Below, piece by piece: positions 38,076 to 38,237 of a stretch of 38,237 nucleotides of DNA. Each line of letters begins with the position of its first letter. Within the stretch, counting starts at the first letter, position 1. This DNA comes from Gemmatimonadota bacterium (GTDB lineage Bacteria; 4572-55; J002), in assembly GCA_003697105.1 (NCBI GenBank), contig RFFQ01000144.1, forward strand, positions 1-38,237. The letters run 5' to 3'. Under the pieces are notes generated by a model. It did no database searches. It was not told where the DNA came from and was given only the letters and a program-made list of their open reading frames with translations. The position numbers and the translations under genes are program-made.

Positions 38076-38237
38076 AAACTCATAAACTCCCAAACTCACA
38101 AACTCATTAAACTCACAAACTCATTAAACTCACAAACTCATCAAACTCACAAACTCATTAAACTCACAAACTCATCAAACTCACAAACTCATCAAACTCA
38201 CAAACTCATCAAACTCACAAACTCATCAAACTCACAA
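38076..38237. repeat. Tandem repeat, 17-nt unit AAACTCAC+AAACTCATY, running off the window end
   Basis: Eight complete units at 38092-38227, two variant 8-mers before them and a partial unit after. Confidence 0.95.

Noticed and set aside
38076-38237. CRISPR array or telomere
   Set aside because: Units are contiguous with no unique spacers and no cas genes are present; nothing in the window indicates a linear replicon.

Overview
Gene-dense bacterial chromosomal window with no rRNA, tRNA, CRISPR array or recognisable mobile element. A C-terminal FlgD-Ig/T9SS-type tail on a secreted protease suggests an FCB-group or related candidate-phylum organism (inference). In order it holds: a sensor kinase overlapping murJ; an intergenic unit that looks like a sigma54-driven small peptide/sRNA; a partial cytochrome c maturation-like cluster (CcmI-like zinc-ribbon protein, large exported protein, ccmA) followed by an MsbA-like exporter; a PilB/GspE homolog with degenerate ATPase motifs; an NTT-HEAT-cNMP gene plus a stand-alone cNMP gene and an exbB/tolQ lacking its exbD partner; a convergent unit of four uncharacterised membrane proteins (DUF6754-type cassette) followed by a secreted 5'-nucleotidase; then a UvrD/PcrA-like helicase, B12 radical SAM enzyme, GT4, GAF-GGDEF, rmuC, REC-kinase hybrid, M23 and S8 peptidases, GNAT, rdgB, a quinone oxidoreductase, a small ORF and a terminal 17-nt tandem repeat. 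The best candidates for undescribed systems are the four-gene membrane cassette with its nucleotidase and the facing NTT-HEAT/cNMP/ExbB operon. All family assignments come from motif recognition by eye, not from database searches.
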